This document shows, piece after piece, positions 46,739-57,660 of a stretch of DNA of 60,420 bases. Both the position numbers and the translations under genes were made by a program. The stretch comes from a virus (Duplodnaviria > Caudoviricetes). A model generated the notes under the pieces. The model saw only the letters and a list, made by a program, of their open reading frames with translations. It searched no databases and was not told the origin of the DNA. How positions within the stretch are numbered: the stretch's first letter is position 1; each line of letters starts with the position of its first letter. The stretch covers positions 1-60,420 of the IMG/VR virus record IMGVR_UViG_3300032225_000805. One strand, given 5' to 3'.

Positions 46739-49700
46739 ATGAACATAGTAAACACATTTACAGGAGCAAGAATGAACAAGGACATTGACGCTAGGTTAAT
46801 TCCTTCAACAGAGTATATAGATGCACTGAATGTAGATGTTATAAATTCTACTGATGGTAATAAGAATGGAGTTTTACGAAATTCAAAAGGTAATAGAAGA
46901 TTAGAAACGCCAACTGGCACAACAATAGACGTAAAAACAGTGGCAGGTGCAGCATTGACAAACCCTGTGACAATAGGGGTATGTAAGTATGAGCCGAATA
47001 ATGCTATTTATTGGCTCATAGCTTCCGACACAGAGGATATAATTGTTGAGTACATAGACAGGCCAGATACAGTAAGCGCTGTCACCGCTGGACTTTATGG
47101 AGTTGTTGGAGACATGACTGTGATACTTCGTGCTGCCAAGGCTGCTCCTACGACAGTTAGTTTGTTGGGGTTTAATAAGAGCTACTTAATATCAGGTATA
47201 AACTACTTTAACGGATTCCTACTATGGACAGATAACCTATCTGCTCCAAAAATGGTAAACATTGCAGACGCTAAAAACTGGACTGCAACAAACTTCGCTT
47301 GGAATATAGACGACATTAGTGTTATTGTAAAGCCTCCTGTAAGTGCGCCTTCATTGTTTTTAAAGAATGATACAAATATAAAAACAAATACAAAGAATAA
47401 GTTCTTGTATTTTTCTTATAGATATAAGTATGTAAACAGCCGATGGAGTGCTATGGCACCGTTCAGTAAAGTCGGGTTCTTTCCATCTGCATTTGCTTAC
47501 GACCAGAATGCAGAAGCTAATGTTGGGATGCAGAACATATACAACTCTATTGACATAACAGTAAACACTGGCGATAGACAGGTTACAGATATACAACTAT
47601 TGTTTAGAGACACATCGTCAAACAATGTATATATAATAGAGACAATAAACAAATCACACCCAATACTACAGACGGGTACTATTGCAGACAATACTACGTT
47701 TACATACAAGTCTTTTGACAACAACAAAATATATACTGCACTACCAAGCAGACAGCTGACTAGATTATTTGATAATGTTCCTATAAAAGCATTAGCACAA
47801 GACATTATAGGCGGCAGATTAATTTATGGTAACTATACTCAATTCTATGATTTAAAAACAAATTTTAATAGTTTAGTATTGCCTAACTATACTGTATCTA
47901 TAAACTCTACCACTATAGCAACTGCTGCTCCGCCTGAACCAAGCTTGAAGACAGGTAGAGATTACGAAATAGGACTAATGTATTTAGATGACTATGGCCG
48001 TATGAGTACTGTCTTAACATCGCCAAAGAATACAATCCATTTGCCATATAGTAAGGCTGGGAATAAAAACTCATTAATTCTTGATATAGCACATTTCCCT
48101 CCGAAATGGGCTACTAAATATAGGGTTGCAATTAAGCAGTCAAAAGATTCATACTATAATATATACCCAAGAGTGGCATATTTAGATGGAACTGGTACTT
48201 GGTTTAAGATAAGTAATAGCGATGTAAATAAAGTAGCAGCAGGAGACTATGTTATTATAAAAACATTGTATACTGGAGTAAGCGGAGATAGTAAGGAGTA
48301 TAAGGTACTGGAAATTTCTTCAAAAAATGTAAATGAAATAATACCAGCTAATAGTGGAGGTAGTCTTGCAGGAACTTACGTAAAGTTAAACTATACGCAA
48401 TCGATAACAGCTATGAGTACATATAGTTTTACCAATACTGGATTCCAATTTAATACTATGATTCCTAACCAAAATACAATATTTGGTTCAACTTGGATAT
48501 CTGCTGCAACTAAGATAAATATAGATTCTTCTCCATGTGTACTATATAGGGCTAATGGAACATCATTTAAAGGCGCTTCAAGTGGGGCAGACTACATTAA
48601 GGGCGTATCGCCAAGTAAAGATATAAGATATATAGTAGAGTACGTTGGAATAATCGGAGGAAATCACTGTGTAAATTATAGAGAGTTCCCAAGTCAAACA
48701 AATACAAATATAAATCCAGTTGCTATTAGGAATGTTTCATCTGGACAACAAGTTCCTGTTAGTTTACTATCCACATCTATGCCTAATATTATAATAGGTA
48801 CATTGAAAATTTATCAAACACACCAATTACAAGTTGGTGACTCTTGGAGAGTTAATGTATATTCATTATTTTTAGGTACAACTATTGGGGGGAATAGTAT
48901 AAATAAATTATCTTCTGCAATAAATACAGACCCTTTAAAAAAAGAAATAACAGGCGGAACTTTAATAGAGTTCCCATTTATAAGAGATGGAAATACAAAT
49001 TCAAATGGATATGTAATAACTCCTCCGCAATCTTTTATAGCTACTAAAACGTATGTTGATATTCAAGAGTGGTTCTGGGAAGATGGTGCATATCTAACAT
49101 TTAATCACTTATACCTTAATAACGCATCGTTAGGATATAAAAATGTATTTTTTAGGAATGCATTACCTACAATATTAAATAGCTTTAACCCAGTACAATC
49201 AAATCAGATATTTGCAACAGCAGCTAGTTCTGCAAATGCTAGTGTTTTCATGATAATAAGTAGTGGTGGTAGTGGAATATTTAGCAATGCTGTAGCTGGT
49301 GATATGCAGGTTGATATTAAAATAACATACCAAAAAAATGTGTTATGCTTAGAAACCGCACCAAAAGATACTGATAGCAAGATATTCCATGAGTGTAGTG
49401 AAGATTTCCAAATATATCAAAGTGGATACAATAGGTGTCATACTGGTGATATTCAGAACCAAACAGCAATACAACATGCTCAATTAACACTTCCATTGAC
49501 ATTTAATTGTTTTGCATTTGATAATGGCGTTGAGTCAAATAGAATTAGAGATGACTTTAACGCACCGACTATGGAGTGGTCACCTAGAGTAAACGCAGTA
49601 TCTGAAGACTATGGCCAGCAAGTACAGTCTGAGAGCTTAACCTATAGTGGAGTATACAGAGCCGATAGTAACGTAAATAACTTAAATGAGTTTAATTTAT

Positions 49701-50260
49701 CTATTGGTAACTTTAAAAACCTAGAGAAATCATTTGGCTCTATACAAAGAATTAAGTCAAGAGACAACGACTTGGTTGTAATGCACGAGGACAAGATAAC
49801 AAAGGTGTTGTTTGGTAAAAACTTATTAAGCGACTCAACGGGTGGAGGAACCGTGTCTTCTGTTCCAGAGGTTTTAGGAACACAGATATCGTATGAAGGT
49901 AACTACGGGATAAGCAAAGACCCAATGACGTTTAGTGAGTATGCTGGTGACATGTGGTTTAGTGACGTTCAGAGAGGTGTGTTACTAAGACTAAATAATC
50001 AGGGACTATTCCCAATAAGTAAAAACGGTATGCAGTCATTTTTTAACACTAGGTTTGCTGCTGATTACTCTACTAAGAAAATAGGCGCATTTGACCCAGT
50101 AAACAAGAGGTACATGTACACAGATACGTCTGTAAAGATAACCAAGCAACCAAACACTATAATCATTAATTCACCTGTAGTTGACGCTATGGGTAGTTCA
50201 TTAGGAAGCTTTTTGAACAACCCAATACTTTCGTCTTCAAACAACAATCCAATACCATAA
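46739..50260 (+). CDS. Tail nozzle/stabilisation protein, N-terminal part
   Basis: F..ARMNKD.D.RL.P..EY.DALN, WTDN..P, FSYRYKY, GRLIYGNY, NGVESNRIRDDFN, YGIS.DP..F. Confidence 0.8.
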   Translation: MNIVNTFTGARMNKDIDARLIPSTEYIDALNVDVINSTDGNKNGVLRNSKGNRRLETPTGTTIDVKTVAGAALTNPVTIGVCKYEPNNAIYWLIASDTEDIIVEYIDRPDTVSAVTAGLYGVVGDMTVILRAAKAAPTTVSLLGFNKSYLISGINYFNGFLLWTDNLSAPKMVNIADAKNWTATNFAWNIDDISVIVKPPVSAPSLFLKNDTNIKTNTKNKFLYFSYRYKYVNSRWSAMAPFSKVGFFPSAFAYDQNAEANVGMQNIYNSIDITVNTGDRQVTDIQLLFRDTSSNNVYIIETINKSHPILQTGTIADNTTFTYKSFDNNKIYTALPSRQLTRLFDNVPIKALAQDIIGGRLIYGNYTQFYDLKTNFNSLVLPNYTVSINSTTIATAAPPEPSLKTGRDYEIGLMYLDDYGRMSTVLTSPKNTIHLPYSKAGNKNSLILDIAHFPPKWATKYRVAIKQSKDSYYNIYPRVAYLDGTGTWFKISNSDVNKVAAGDYVIIKTLYTGVSGDSKEYKVLEISSKNVNEIIPANSGGSLAGTYVKLNYTQSITAMSTYSFTNTGFQFNTMIPNQNTIFGSTWISAATKINIDSSPCVLYRANGTSFKGASSGADYIKGVSPSKDIRYIVEYVGIIGGNHCVNYREFPSQTNTNINPVAIRNVSSGQQVPVSLLSTSMPNIIIGTLKIYQTHQLQVGDSWRVNVYSLFLGTTIGGNSINKLSSAINTDPLKKEITGGTLIEFPFIRDGNTNSNGYVITPPQSFIATKTYVDIQEWFWEDGAYLTFNHLYLNNASLGYKNVFFRNALPTILNSFNPVQSNQIFATAASSANASVFMIISSGGSGIFSNAVAGDMQVDIKITYQKNVLCLETAPKDTDSKIFHECSEDFQIYQSGYNRCHTGDIQNQTAIQHAQLTLPLTFNCFAFDNGVESNRIRDDFNAPTMEWSPRVNAVSEDYGQQVQSESLTYSGVYRADSNVNNLNEFNLSIGNFKNLEKSFGSIQRIKSRDNDLVVMHEDKITKVLFGKNLLSDSTGGGTVSSVPEVLGTQISYEGNYGISKDPMTFSEYAGDMWFSDVQRGVLLRLNNQGLFPISKNGMQSFFNTRFAADYSTKKIGAFDPVNKRYMYTDTSVKITKQPNTIIINSPVVDAMGSSLGSFLNNPILSSSNNNPIP

Positions 50261-52800
50261 TGAGTAAGATAATATTAGACACCGATGTATCATGGAAAAT
50301 AGAAACAAATGTTGGGTGGGTAACAGGCTTGCCAAAGGTAGGGACAGGGTATTTTGAGTACACTCCAATTTTTAGTGATAATGCAGGACAGTATGCTAGG
50401 ACTGGAAATATAACTATAACATACTATACCCCAACACCAACAATTGAGGTTATCCCAGTGACACAGACTGGGATAGGTGGATATCGTAATGCTAAAATAT
50501 TTGTAGTAGGGCTAGAGGAAGATAGTGACTTCCCAGTACGGATATCAACAAATGTTAGTGATTATATAAATTATTTCTCACCAAAGTGTAACACAGAGTT
50601 AGACATTAGTGGATTCATGGGAAGTCAAACTATCCCTAATGATAAAGAAATTCTTCAATTATCACTATACAATGTAGGAAGTCAAGATGGAGGGTATAAG
50701 CCATTCCTTCACCAATTGAACCATGCTTATTTTATAGAAACAAATTCACTATGTACTACTTATGATGAAGTTTATGACCAAGGTGCAGTAGAGTTGGATT
50801 TAACTTACAATGGAGATGATGGTTATTATGTAGATGCTACATTTAATGAAGGATATGACTATGCATACTTTGTTTTAGACTATAGGAATCTAATCCAAAA
50901 CAACTCTAATATAACTATAGATGATTTAAGTACATCACTTACTACTAACTTTTTGCTTGGAAGTGATAATGGTGGGGCTATAGTATACAGTGAAGTATTA
51001 ATAGGAACAAATGATGTTACTTGTCTTCAAGAGTTAGTCTATGACGGACAAAAAGTATTTGAAAAAAATAGTAGTGGAGGTAGTTCCATTAAATTTGTTA
51101 ACAATAACAGAGAAAATTTTTATTCAGTGTTATCGCTAAGTCCTAATACGCTAGGCAGTTCGTTTAGCGGATGGACTCCTTATATATCTGTAACCAAAAC
51201 TGCTTTAAGTGCAGTTACATTGAGTAATACCAAAAGGGATTATTACTACGATTGTTTACCTGACACACCAACGGTAAGTTATTACCATACGATGTATGGA
51301 AGTATCCCAGATGTAGGGACTCAGCTATATACCAACCCAGCATATAACATACCTACGTTTGTATCAGGATGGTATAGAAACTCAACCTATGCATTTAATT
51401 TAAACTCAGCAGGGGTAGTCATAGAAAGAAGACTACTAGCTTGTTCAGAAGCTGGAATCCCTGTATTAACAGCAGAAACTTTTAATATAGAAAATGGAAG
51501 TGATGTTGAGTTTAAGATAGTAGCAACGAATAATCCATATAAATATAGAATAACAAGCGTGTACACGGATGTGTCTGTATTAGGCGGAACGACAGGTGGA
51601 AGTTGGGACTATACAGATACAGAGGGGGCTACTAGTACAGTTAATGTGGGAATAGGAGAGACCGTTATCGTTGCAGGTAACTACAGTACGTTTACTCGAA
51701 CTAGAGGAAGCGACTCAACGATAGTAAATGGAGGCCAAGCAGCATTAGATGGGATATTTGTGACGGATGATGGTGTAATAAAAATAGGCTCAGATGTAGG
51801 AGGGACATTTAGCGCTGTTGTGGTCGCAACAAACTGCGTAGGGAATAGTGCTAACAGGACATTTACGTTTATCGTTAGTGCTCCACCAGTAGTGCCACCT
51901 ACTGATGTGTGTTGTACTTCAGGTATTCCAATAGGTGGGACAGCAGGTCAAATACTTTCTAAGATAGATGCCACTGATTATAATACACAATGGATTGATG
52001 AAGCACCAGCAGCGTCTTTCACATCGACAGTTAAGCATCAAGTAAAACTTGGGTTAGCTATTGCCAAAGGGCAAGCGGTGTATGTAACGGGTGCGGATGG
52101 GACTAATATGGTTGTTGGTAAAGCTAGTAATACTAGCGAATCTACTAGCAGTAAAACAATGGGGTTGCTTGAAACAGGCGGAAGTACCAATGCGCAAGTA
52201 AACGTAATTACAGAAGGTTTACTTACTGGGCTAAATACATCTGCTGCAACTATTGGCGACCCTGTATGGCTAGGGGTTGGTGGTGCATTAATTTATGGAC
52301 TTGTAAATAAGCCATACGCACCAGCACATCTAGTTTTTATAGGAATAGTAACTCGTGTAAATTCTAGCAATGGTGAGATATTCGTAAAGCCTCAAAACGG
52401 GTTTGAATTAAGAGAGATACATGATATTGATTTGATAACCAATGCACCAACTAACAACCAATTATTATCTTATGATAGTTCAACTGGGTTATGGGCGAAT
52501 AAAAGTGTAACTACTGCTGATATTGCAGCAAGTACCAATAAGAATTATGTTACAGATGCGCAAGCTACTGTTATTGGTAATACTAGTGGAACGAATACTG
52601 GTGATAATGCAGTAAATAGTTTGTATAGCGGACTAGCTGCAAGTAAGCAAAATACCTTAACTTTGACAACTACTGGAACAAGTGGCGCAGCTACATTAGT
52701 TGGTGCTACTTTAAACATCCCACAATATAGCGGTGGTGGTTCAAGCGCACCAGCAATAAGAAAAGCACAACCAAGAATAACTAGAGAAACATATTATTAA
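50260..52800 (+). CDS. Tail fibre/spike protein with N-terminal BACON-like domain
   Basis: SWKI....WVT...G.G....N....RTGNITI; GGTAGQIL.K....YNT.W; KGQAVYV...fibre domain; E.HD....PTNNQLL.YD. Confidence 0.7.
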   Translation: MSKIILDTDVSWKIETNVGWVTGLPKVGTGYFEYTPIFSDNAGQYARTGNITITYYTPTPTIEVIPVTQTGIGGYRNAKIFVVGLEEDSDFPVRISTNVSDYINYFSPKCNTELDISGFMGSQTIPNDKEILQLSLYNVGSQDGGYKPFLHQLNHAYFIETNSLCTTYDEVYDQGAVELDLTYNGDDGYYVDATFNEGYDYAYFVLDYRNLIQNNSNITIDDLSTSLTTNFLLGSDNGGAIVYSEVLIGTNDVTCLQELVYDGQKVFEKNSSGGSSIKFVNNNRENFYSVLSLSPNTLGSSFSGWTPYISVTKTALSAVTLSNTKRDYYYDCLPDTPTVSYYHTMYGSIPDVGTQLYTNPAYNIPTFVSGWYRNSTYAFNLNSAGVVIERRLLACSEAGIPVLTAETFNIENGSDVEFKIVATNNPYKYRITSVYTDVSVLGGTTGGSWDYTDTEGATSTVNVGIGETVIVAGNYSTFTRTRGSDSTIVNGGQAALDGIFVTDDGVIKIGSDVGGTFSAVVVATNCVGNSANRTFTFIVSAPPVVPPTDVCCTSGIPIGGTAGQILSKIDATDYNTQWIDEAPAASFTSTVKHQVKLGLAIAKGQAVYVTGADGTNMVVGKASNTSESTSSKTMGLLETGGSTNAQVNVITEGLLTGLNTSAATIGDPVWLGVGGALIYGLVNKPYAPAHLVFIGIVTRVNSSNGEIFVKPQNGFELREIHDIDLITNAPTNNQLLSYDSSTGLWANKSVTTADIAASTNKNYVTDAQATVIGNTSGTNTGDNAVNSLYSGLAASKQNTLTLTTTGTSGAATLVGATLNIPQYSGGGSSAPAIRKAQPRITRETYY

Positions 52801-52812
52801 AAAAATTAAACA

Positions 52813-53223
52813 ATGGCAGCAGGAATAGACCCAATATATGTAGCAATCCCAAAGATAGGATTTGGTGCAAATTTAACCACAGCTAATACAGCAACAGATG
52901 GAACTGGAACGGTATCTACTTTAATGACAGCAGGTTCTAATGGTGCATTTGTTGAAAAGGTAGTAGTTAGACATTTAGGAACTAATGTACAAAGTGTATT
53001 AAGAATATTTATTAATAATGGTAGTGCTAATAGTACAGCTAATAATAATAGACTAATTAGAGAGGTTACAATACCAGCTAATACATTAACGCAAACGGCT
53101 GCAAGTTTAGCTATTGATGTTCCTATTAACATACCTTTACAAGCAGGCTATACTTTAATAGCAACAATAGGGACTACTATAGCAGCAGGAATAGCTTTAA
53201 CTACAATATACGGAGACTACTAA
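52813..53223 (+). CDS. Tail-fibre-associated protein
   Basis: T/A-rich beta protein ending GDY, within the fibre cassette. Confidence 0.6.
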   Translation: MAAGIDPIYVAIPKIGFGANLTTANTATDGTGTVSTLMTAGSNGAFVEKVVVRHLGTNVQSVLRIFINNGSANSTANNNRLIREVTIPANTLTQTAASLAIDVPINIPLQAGYTLIATIGTTIAAGIALTTIYGDY

Positions 53224-54104
53224 TGACTGGACTTTCATATAAAGATAATTTTAGCCGAGTATTTGACTATACTGGTGAGATAGAAGCATTTGTTATTCCT
53301 AAAAATGCAACTTTTTTGCATATATGGGCAATAGGTGCAGGAACTAATGGTGGTGCAGGTGCATCAAGAACCGCAGGAACAGCAGGCGGTGGCGGTGGCG
53401 GAGGTGCTACTGGTGCAATAGTAACCATGTTAATTCCTACTAGGTTTTTACCATCTACTTTATACATCGTAGTGGGTAAAGGCGGTGGGCTTAGTACAGA
53501 TGGTTATACTAAAGTAATGCTTAGGAGAGGTGATACTTTAGGTGTTATAGTCGCAGATAGTTTATTATTAGCAAATACAGGCTCAACTAATGGTGGTGCA
53601 GGTTCAGCAATTGCAGCAGGTTCAGCAGGTGGAACAGCAGGGTATTTCTTAGGGAATAACTTATATGCAGGGTTAGGAACTTTAACTATTACAGCAGCTC
53701 AAGCAGGTAGTGCAGGTGGTGCAATAACAGGTCAAGCAGGATTTATTAATTCAGCTTTTTCTGGCGGTATGCCATTTTCTGGTGGTGCAGGTGGTGCAGG
53801 ATGCACTACAACAGACTTTGCAGGAGGTAGTATAAATCCTACCAGTACTGCACAACAACAATCTGGAATTACATTAGCAGGTGGTGGTAGTGTATTTGGC
53901 ATTTATGATGGTCTAAATGGATTACAATTTGAAGAGCCATTTACTTGCTATGGTGGTTCTGGTGGTGGTTCTAATAATAGTGGAACTGGTGGCAAAGGTG
54001 GAGATGGTGCTATCGGATGCGGTGGCGGTGGCGGTGGCGCAGGTGTAACAGGTGGTGCAGGTGGGCGTGGTGGTAATGGCAGGGTGGTTATAACATGGTT
54101 TTAA
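53223..54104 (+). CDS. Glycine-rich tail fibre/receptor-binding domain protein
   Basis: P..A..L.I.AIGAG..GG.G, multiple GGGGG tracts, GGNGRVVITW. Confidence 0.75.
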   Translation: MTGLSYKDNFSRVFDYTGEIEAFVIPKNATFLHIWAIGAGTNGGAGASRTAGTAGGGGGGGATGAIVTMLIPTRFLPSTLYIVVGKGGGLSTDGYTKVMLRRGDTLGVIVADSLLLANTGSTNGGAGSAIAAGSAGGTAGYFLGNNLYAGLGTLTITAAQAGSAGGAITGQAGFINSAFSGGMPFSGGAGGAGCTTTDFAGGSINPTSTAQQQSGITLAGGGSVFGIYDGLNGLQFEEPFTCYGGSGGGSNNSGTGGKGGDGAIGCGGGGGGAGVTGGAGGRGGNGRVVITWF

Positions 54105-54126
54105 AATAAAAAATAAATATACAAAA

Positions 54127-54390
54127 ATGGAAAATTTACAGTACCAAAAAGAAGTAAGCAATTACATAGACAATTTAGTAATCAAATTACAAAAGGATTG
54201 CCCTGAAAAAAGCATCTCAAGAAACCAATTTAAAAATGCTGTGCTAACTTTTACAAGTGAAAAGGAACTAAATGATTACTTAGTTTTTTCAGCTACGCAA
54301 GCGGTAAGTATCAAGGATGCATTTATTTGTGCTGATGCTTTTTTTGAATTACGTTGGGCAAAATTAGTTGAACTAATAGACAGTATTTAA
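54127..54390 (+). CDS. Hypothetical protein (possible fibre chaperone)
   Basis: 87-aa ORF ending the fibre cassette. Confidence 0.55.
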   Translation: MENLQYQKEVSNYIDNLVIKLQKDCPEKSISRNQFKNAVLTFTSEKELNDYLVFSATQAVSIKDAFICADAFFELRWAKLVELIDSI

Positions 54391-55172
54391 TGGCATATAC
54401 AGTAGCATATCAGCCCTCGGTAGATGGATTTACTTCGTTCTATAGTGGCATACCAGAGATGATGATTGGTATGAATAATTATTTTTATACCTTTAAGAAT
54501 GGTCAAATATGGAAAGAATATCTTGGTATAAGGGGTAACTACTATGGGACTCAGTATGGTAGCTCTATCAGAATATCACAAAACAATTCACCAAACGAGG
54601 TGAAGATTTTTAAGACTATATCTTTTACGGGTGATATTACAGAGGGCGAAATATCGTCATCGTTAATGACAGCGTATCTTGGGGACAGGGCATACACAGG
54701 GTATATATCGGCAAATGAGTTTGTGAACAAAGAAGGTGAGCTATTTTGTAGCATTAGAAACAACTCTGAAGGCACAGCAGAGACTGGGTCAACAATGGTC
54801 GACAAGGGTGTTGGAGTGTTGGCTGCAATAAAGGCAACTAACTCATACGAGATTATTACCAATGAGTCATTGACCATTATAACTGGCATCAACTCTACAT
54901 CTGGAACCACACTGTTTTACTATAGCGGAACAACGCTTAATGTCATAGGGTATATATCTAGCATGGAAAAAACGAATAGTGGTTATATCATAAACACCTA
55001 TGCATCTGCATTAACCCCAACGGTAGGAAGCATAATCGGAACACGGGTAAGTTCAAAGATTGAAAGCTACGGACTTAGAGGCAACTACAATATATTAGAT
55101 ATAAATATCAACTCCACAAATGCGGTGGAATTATTTTCCGTTCAGTCGAATATAATCAAATCTTTTCCTTAA
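54390..55172 (+). CDS. Tail nozzle/stabilisation protein, C-terminal part
   Basis: TVAY.....GFTSFYS..PE.MIGMNNYFYTFK.G, K.FKTI, F..KEG, ESYGLRG.Y, ELFSV.S....S. Confidence 0.7.
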   Translation: MAYTVAYQPSVDGFTSFYSGIPEMMIGMNNYFYTFKNGQIWKEYLGIRGNYYGTQYGSSIRISQNNSPNEVKIFKTISFTGDITEGEISSSLMTAYLGDRAYTGYISANEFVNKEGELFCSIRNNSEGTAETGSTMVDKGVGVLAAIKATNSYEIITNESLTIITGINSTSGTTLFYYSGTTLNVIGYISSMEKTNSGYIINTYASALTPTVGSIIGTRVSSKIESYGLRGNYNILDININSTNAVELFSVQSNIIKSFP

Positions 55173-55182
55173 ATTTGCAGGA

Positions 55183-55587
55183 ATGTACTCCAGAAAATTA
55201 CAGCTTGAAGATTACGAGGTGTTGGTTAAATGGTGGAAAGAGTGGGGATGGACAGTAGCGCCATCTCTTGAAATGCTTCCCCCGTTAAACACACATGGCG
55301 TAATGATATGCGATAAAGATGGTAGTATCTGTGCAGGGTTTGTTTATGAAACTAATTCAGCGTTTTGTTGGTTTACGTTTCCTATATCAGACCCATCAAT
55401 CAGAGGGTTTAGAAGAAAGAGTGGTGTACGTCATTTAATAATAGCCTGCGAAGAATTAGCTAGAGAACTAGGATTTGCTTATATTTACAGTAGTATTAGA
55501 AATCCAAATATGATAACACTACAAAAACAGCTAGGGTTTTCAGAAGGCGGAATAAATCACACAGAATTAATAAAAAAAGTAAATTAA
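55183..55587 (+). CDS. GNAT-fold acetyltransferase-like protein
   Basis: DY..L.KWW..W...P..LP..G....CAGF.Y.TNS..W...GF; precedes the ejection-protein genes. Confidence 0.6.
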   Translation: MYSRKLQLEDYEVLVKWWKEWGWTVAPSLEMLPPLNTHGVMICDKDGSICAGFVYETNSAFCWFTFPISDPSIRGFRRKSGVRHLIIACEELARELGFAYIYSSIRNPNMITLQKQLGFSEGGINHTELIKKVN

Positions 55588-55588
55588 A

Positions 55589-56209
55589 ATGGGAGTAGAA
55601 TTAGCAGCCGTAGGGCTAGGACTAAGCGCAATACAAGGTGTAGCTGGATTAGTCCAAGAAAAGAAAGCTAGACAAGCAGCTGAAGCATCATACAATAACC
55701 TAAAGAATATGCCAAAACAAGCCAACGCTATGAATGCAGTTGGCGTTCCTGTAAACATGTACGACCAAGCACAGGCTAACATTAACCAGCAGTCAGCAAA
55801 CATGATAGATGCAGCTAGAGAGTCTGGGGCTGCTGCTGTACTGGGAAGCGCTGGAACCATTCAGGGTGGTATAAAAAACGCTGAGATGGACTTAGCAACC
55901 AGAAAGGCACAAGATGCACTTAATTTAAGCTTAGAGAAGCAAAAGACTCAACAGCAAATAGACAGCGACTACTATAACTTCCAAAGACAGCTAGAGGCTT
56001 CTCAGATGGAGGGTGCTCAAACAGCCGCAGCTCAGGGGGCTACCCAGTTCCAACAAGCTCTTGGTGGGGCTACTCAAAACTTAACGTCTTTAGGTGTTGC
56101 TAAATATACTGGAACAGGTGCTGGTGGAAGTTCAAATCCAGTAGATATGTCTGGAGTAAATAATTTTAATTTTTTAACAGGCGTTGGTGGTAAAAAGAAG
56201 AAAAAATAG
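55589..56209 (+). CDS. Internal virion (ejection) protein
   Basis: A/Q/G-rich helical protein, first of three genes of increasing size. Confidence 0.65.
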   Translation: MGVELAAVGLGLSAIQGVAGLVQEKKARQAAEASYNNLKNMPKQANAMNAVGVPVNMYDQAQANINQQSANMIDAARESGAAAVLGSAGTIQGGIKNAEMDLATRKAQDALNLSLEKQKTQQQIDSDYYNFQRQLEASQMEGAQTAAAQGATQFQQALGGATQNLTSLGVAKYTGTGAGGSSNPVDMSGVNNFNFLTGVGGKKKKK

Positions 56210-56223
56210 GAAGATAATATAAC

Positions 56224-57642
56224 ATGATATACGCAGGATATAAACCAAATGAAACAGCAAGTCTAGGGGCAATAACTGCAACTGGTATAGACGCTATTAC
56301 TAAAATAAACTTAGAGAGAGAGAAGTTAGATGCCGCAAGAAAGGTTAAGCAGGATGCTTTAACATACAAAGCTGCACTAGAGGCTCAAAAGGATGCTAAA
56401 AAAGAAGATGCAGAAAAGAAAAAGTCTTTAGATACAATAACATCTGATTTTAGCAAAAATACAGGGACAACTGAATCCAGTATAAATTTACTTAATAAAG
56501 CTGGTACAAATATGACAGTATTTTTAACAGCAAACCCAAATGAAAAATATTCTAAGTCTTTAGCCTCTCAGTGGAGTGGGTTAAAGCAAATGACGGCTAA
56601 CATTGATAAGCATAAAGATGTATTAGCTCAAAATCCAGACGTTTCAATGCAGGCTTCTTTTTTATTTGGAAAAAATGCAGAAAAATTAGATGGTAATAAA
56701 TTACAGCCTATAGCTCAATTGACAGCTGATGGTAATGATGCCCAGTTAGTTTTAAAAGATGAGAATGGACAGACTACAACATTAGATGGGTTTGATGTGT
56801 ATGGACAAAAATTAAAAAATAAAATGCCTGACCTATATGGGGCAAATGGAATGTTTAATAACATTGTTACGCAAATAGGAGAAATTCCAAACGTACAGGG
56901 TAGGACTACTACGACTGATATAAGAACTCAAGAGAACTACAAAGCTAAAGTTGCCCAAGCACAGGCTATGGTTTTTGCAGATAGAGAAAACTTAGGTGAC
57001 GTATACTACCTAGCAACTCAAAAACGAGGGAAGGTTCCAATATATTATGAAGAAGGAGACAACCAAGAAGAATTGGCAGCAAAGGCTGGTGTAATTAAAG
57101 ATAATGCTGACTTTATAAAAATAGAATCAAAAAATGGGGTTGGTGTAGCTAAGTTAGACGAAAACCAGACAAAATACTTAAAATCTCATATAGCATCAGA
57201 GTTAGACTCAAGGGTAAATGTAAAGAAGGTTACACAACAGGAACATAAGACAGTTAATAACTTTACTGCTACACTTAAAAATGAAACACTTAAAGGAGCT
57301 GGTGAGATATACAATGGGGTATTTAAAAATGACTCACATTATATACAATTATTTAAAGATGCAGCACAGAAAAATGGAGATATGCTTACTGGATATCAAG
57401 CAAAGTTCCCATCAGAAAACCCAAAGATAAAAGACGATGTTCCGACCCCAGTATTCCAATATACAAATGGAGTAATTAAATATCTATATAAAGATAAGCA
57501 AGGTGTTGTTAATATGAAGAAGATAGACGTAAAAAAATTAGGAAAGGTAAAAGCTGCTCAAGAACTAGCGTCAGCTTTAAGCCCTGCAACAGTTAAAGAA
57601 ATGGCTGAGGCTGGGGCATTGACAGACCAAATGGAAAATTAA
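56224..57642 (+). CDS. Internal virion (ejection) protein
   Basis: Helical 472-aa protein between the small ejection gene and the giant gene. Confidence 0.6.
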   Translation: MIYAGYKPNETASLGAITATGIDAITKINLEREKLDAARKVKQDALTYKAALEAQKDAKKEDAEKKKSLDTITSDFSKNTGTTESSINLLNKAGTNMTVFLTANPNEKYSKSLASQWSGLKQMTANIDKHKDVLAQNPDVSMQASFLFGKNAEKLDGNKLQPIAQLTADGNDAQLVLKDENGQTTTLDGFDVYGQKLKNKMPDLYGANGMFNNIVTQIGEIPNVQGRTTTTDIRTQENYKAKVAQAQAMVFADRENLGDVYYLATQKRGKVPIYYEEGDNQEELAAKAGVIKDNADFIKIESKNGVGVAKLDENQTKYLKSHIASELDSRVNVKKVTQQEHKTVNNFTATLKNETLKGAGEIYNGVFKNDSHYIQLFKDAAQKNGDMLTGYQAKFPSENPKIKDDVPTPVFQYTNGVIKYLYKDKQGVVNMKKIDVKKLGKVKAAQELASALSPATVKEMAEAGALTDQMEN

Positions 57643-57660
57643 TAAAACAAACAATAAACA

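Noticed and set aside
53223-54104. GGT/GGC tandem repeats as a DNA repeat element or DGR target
   Set aside because: Explained by poly-glycine coding; no reverse transcriptase or template/variable repeat pair seen
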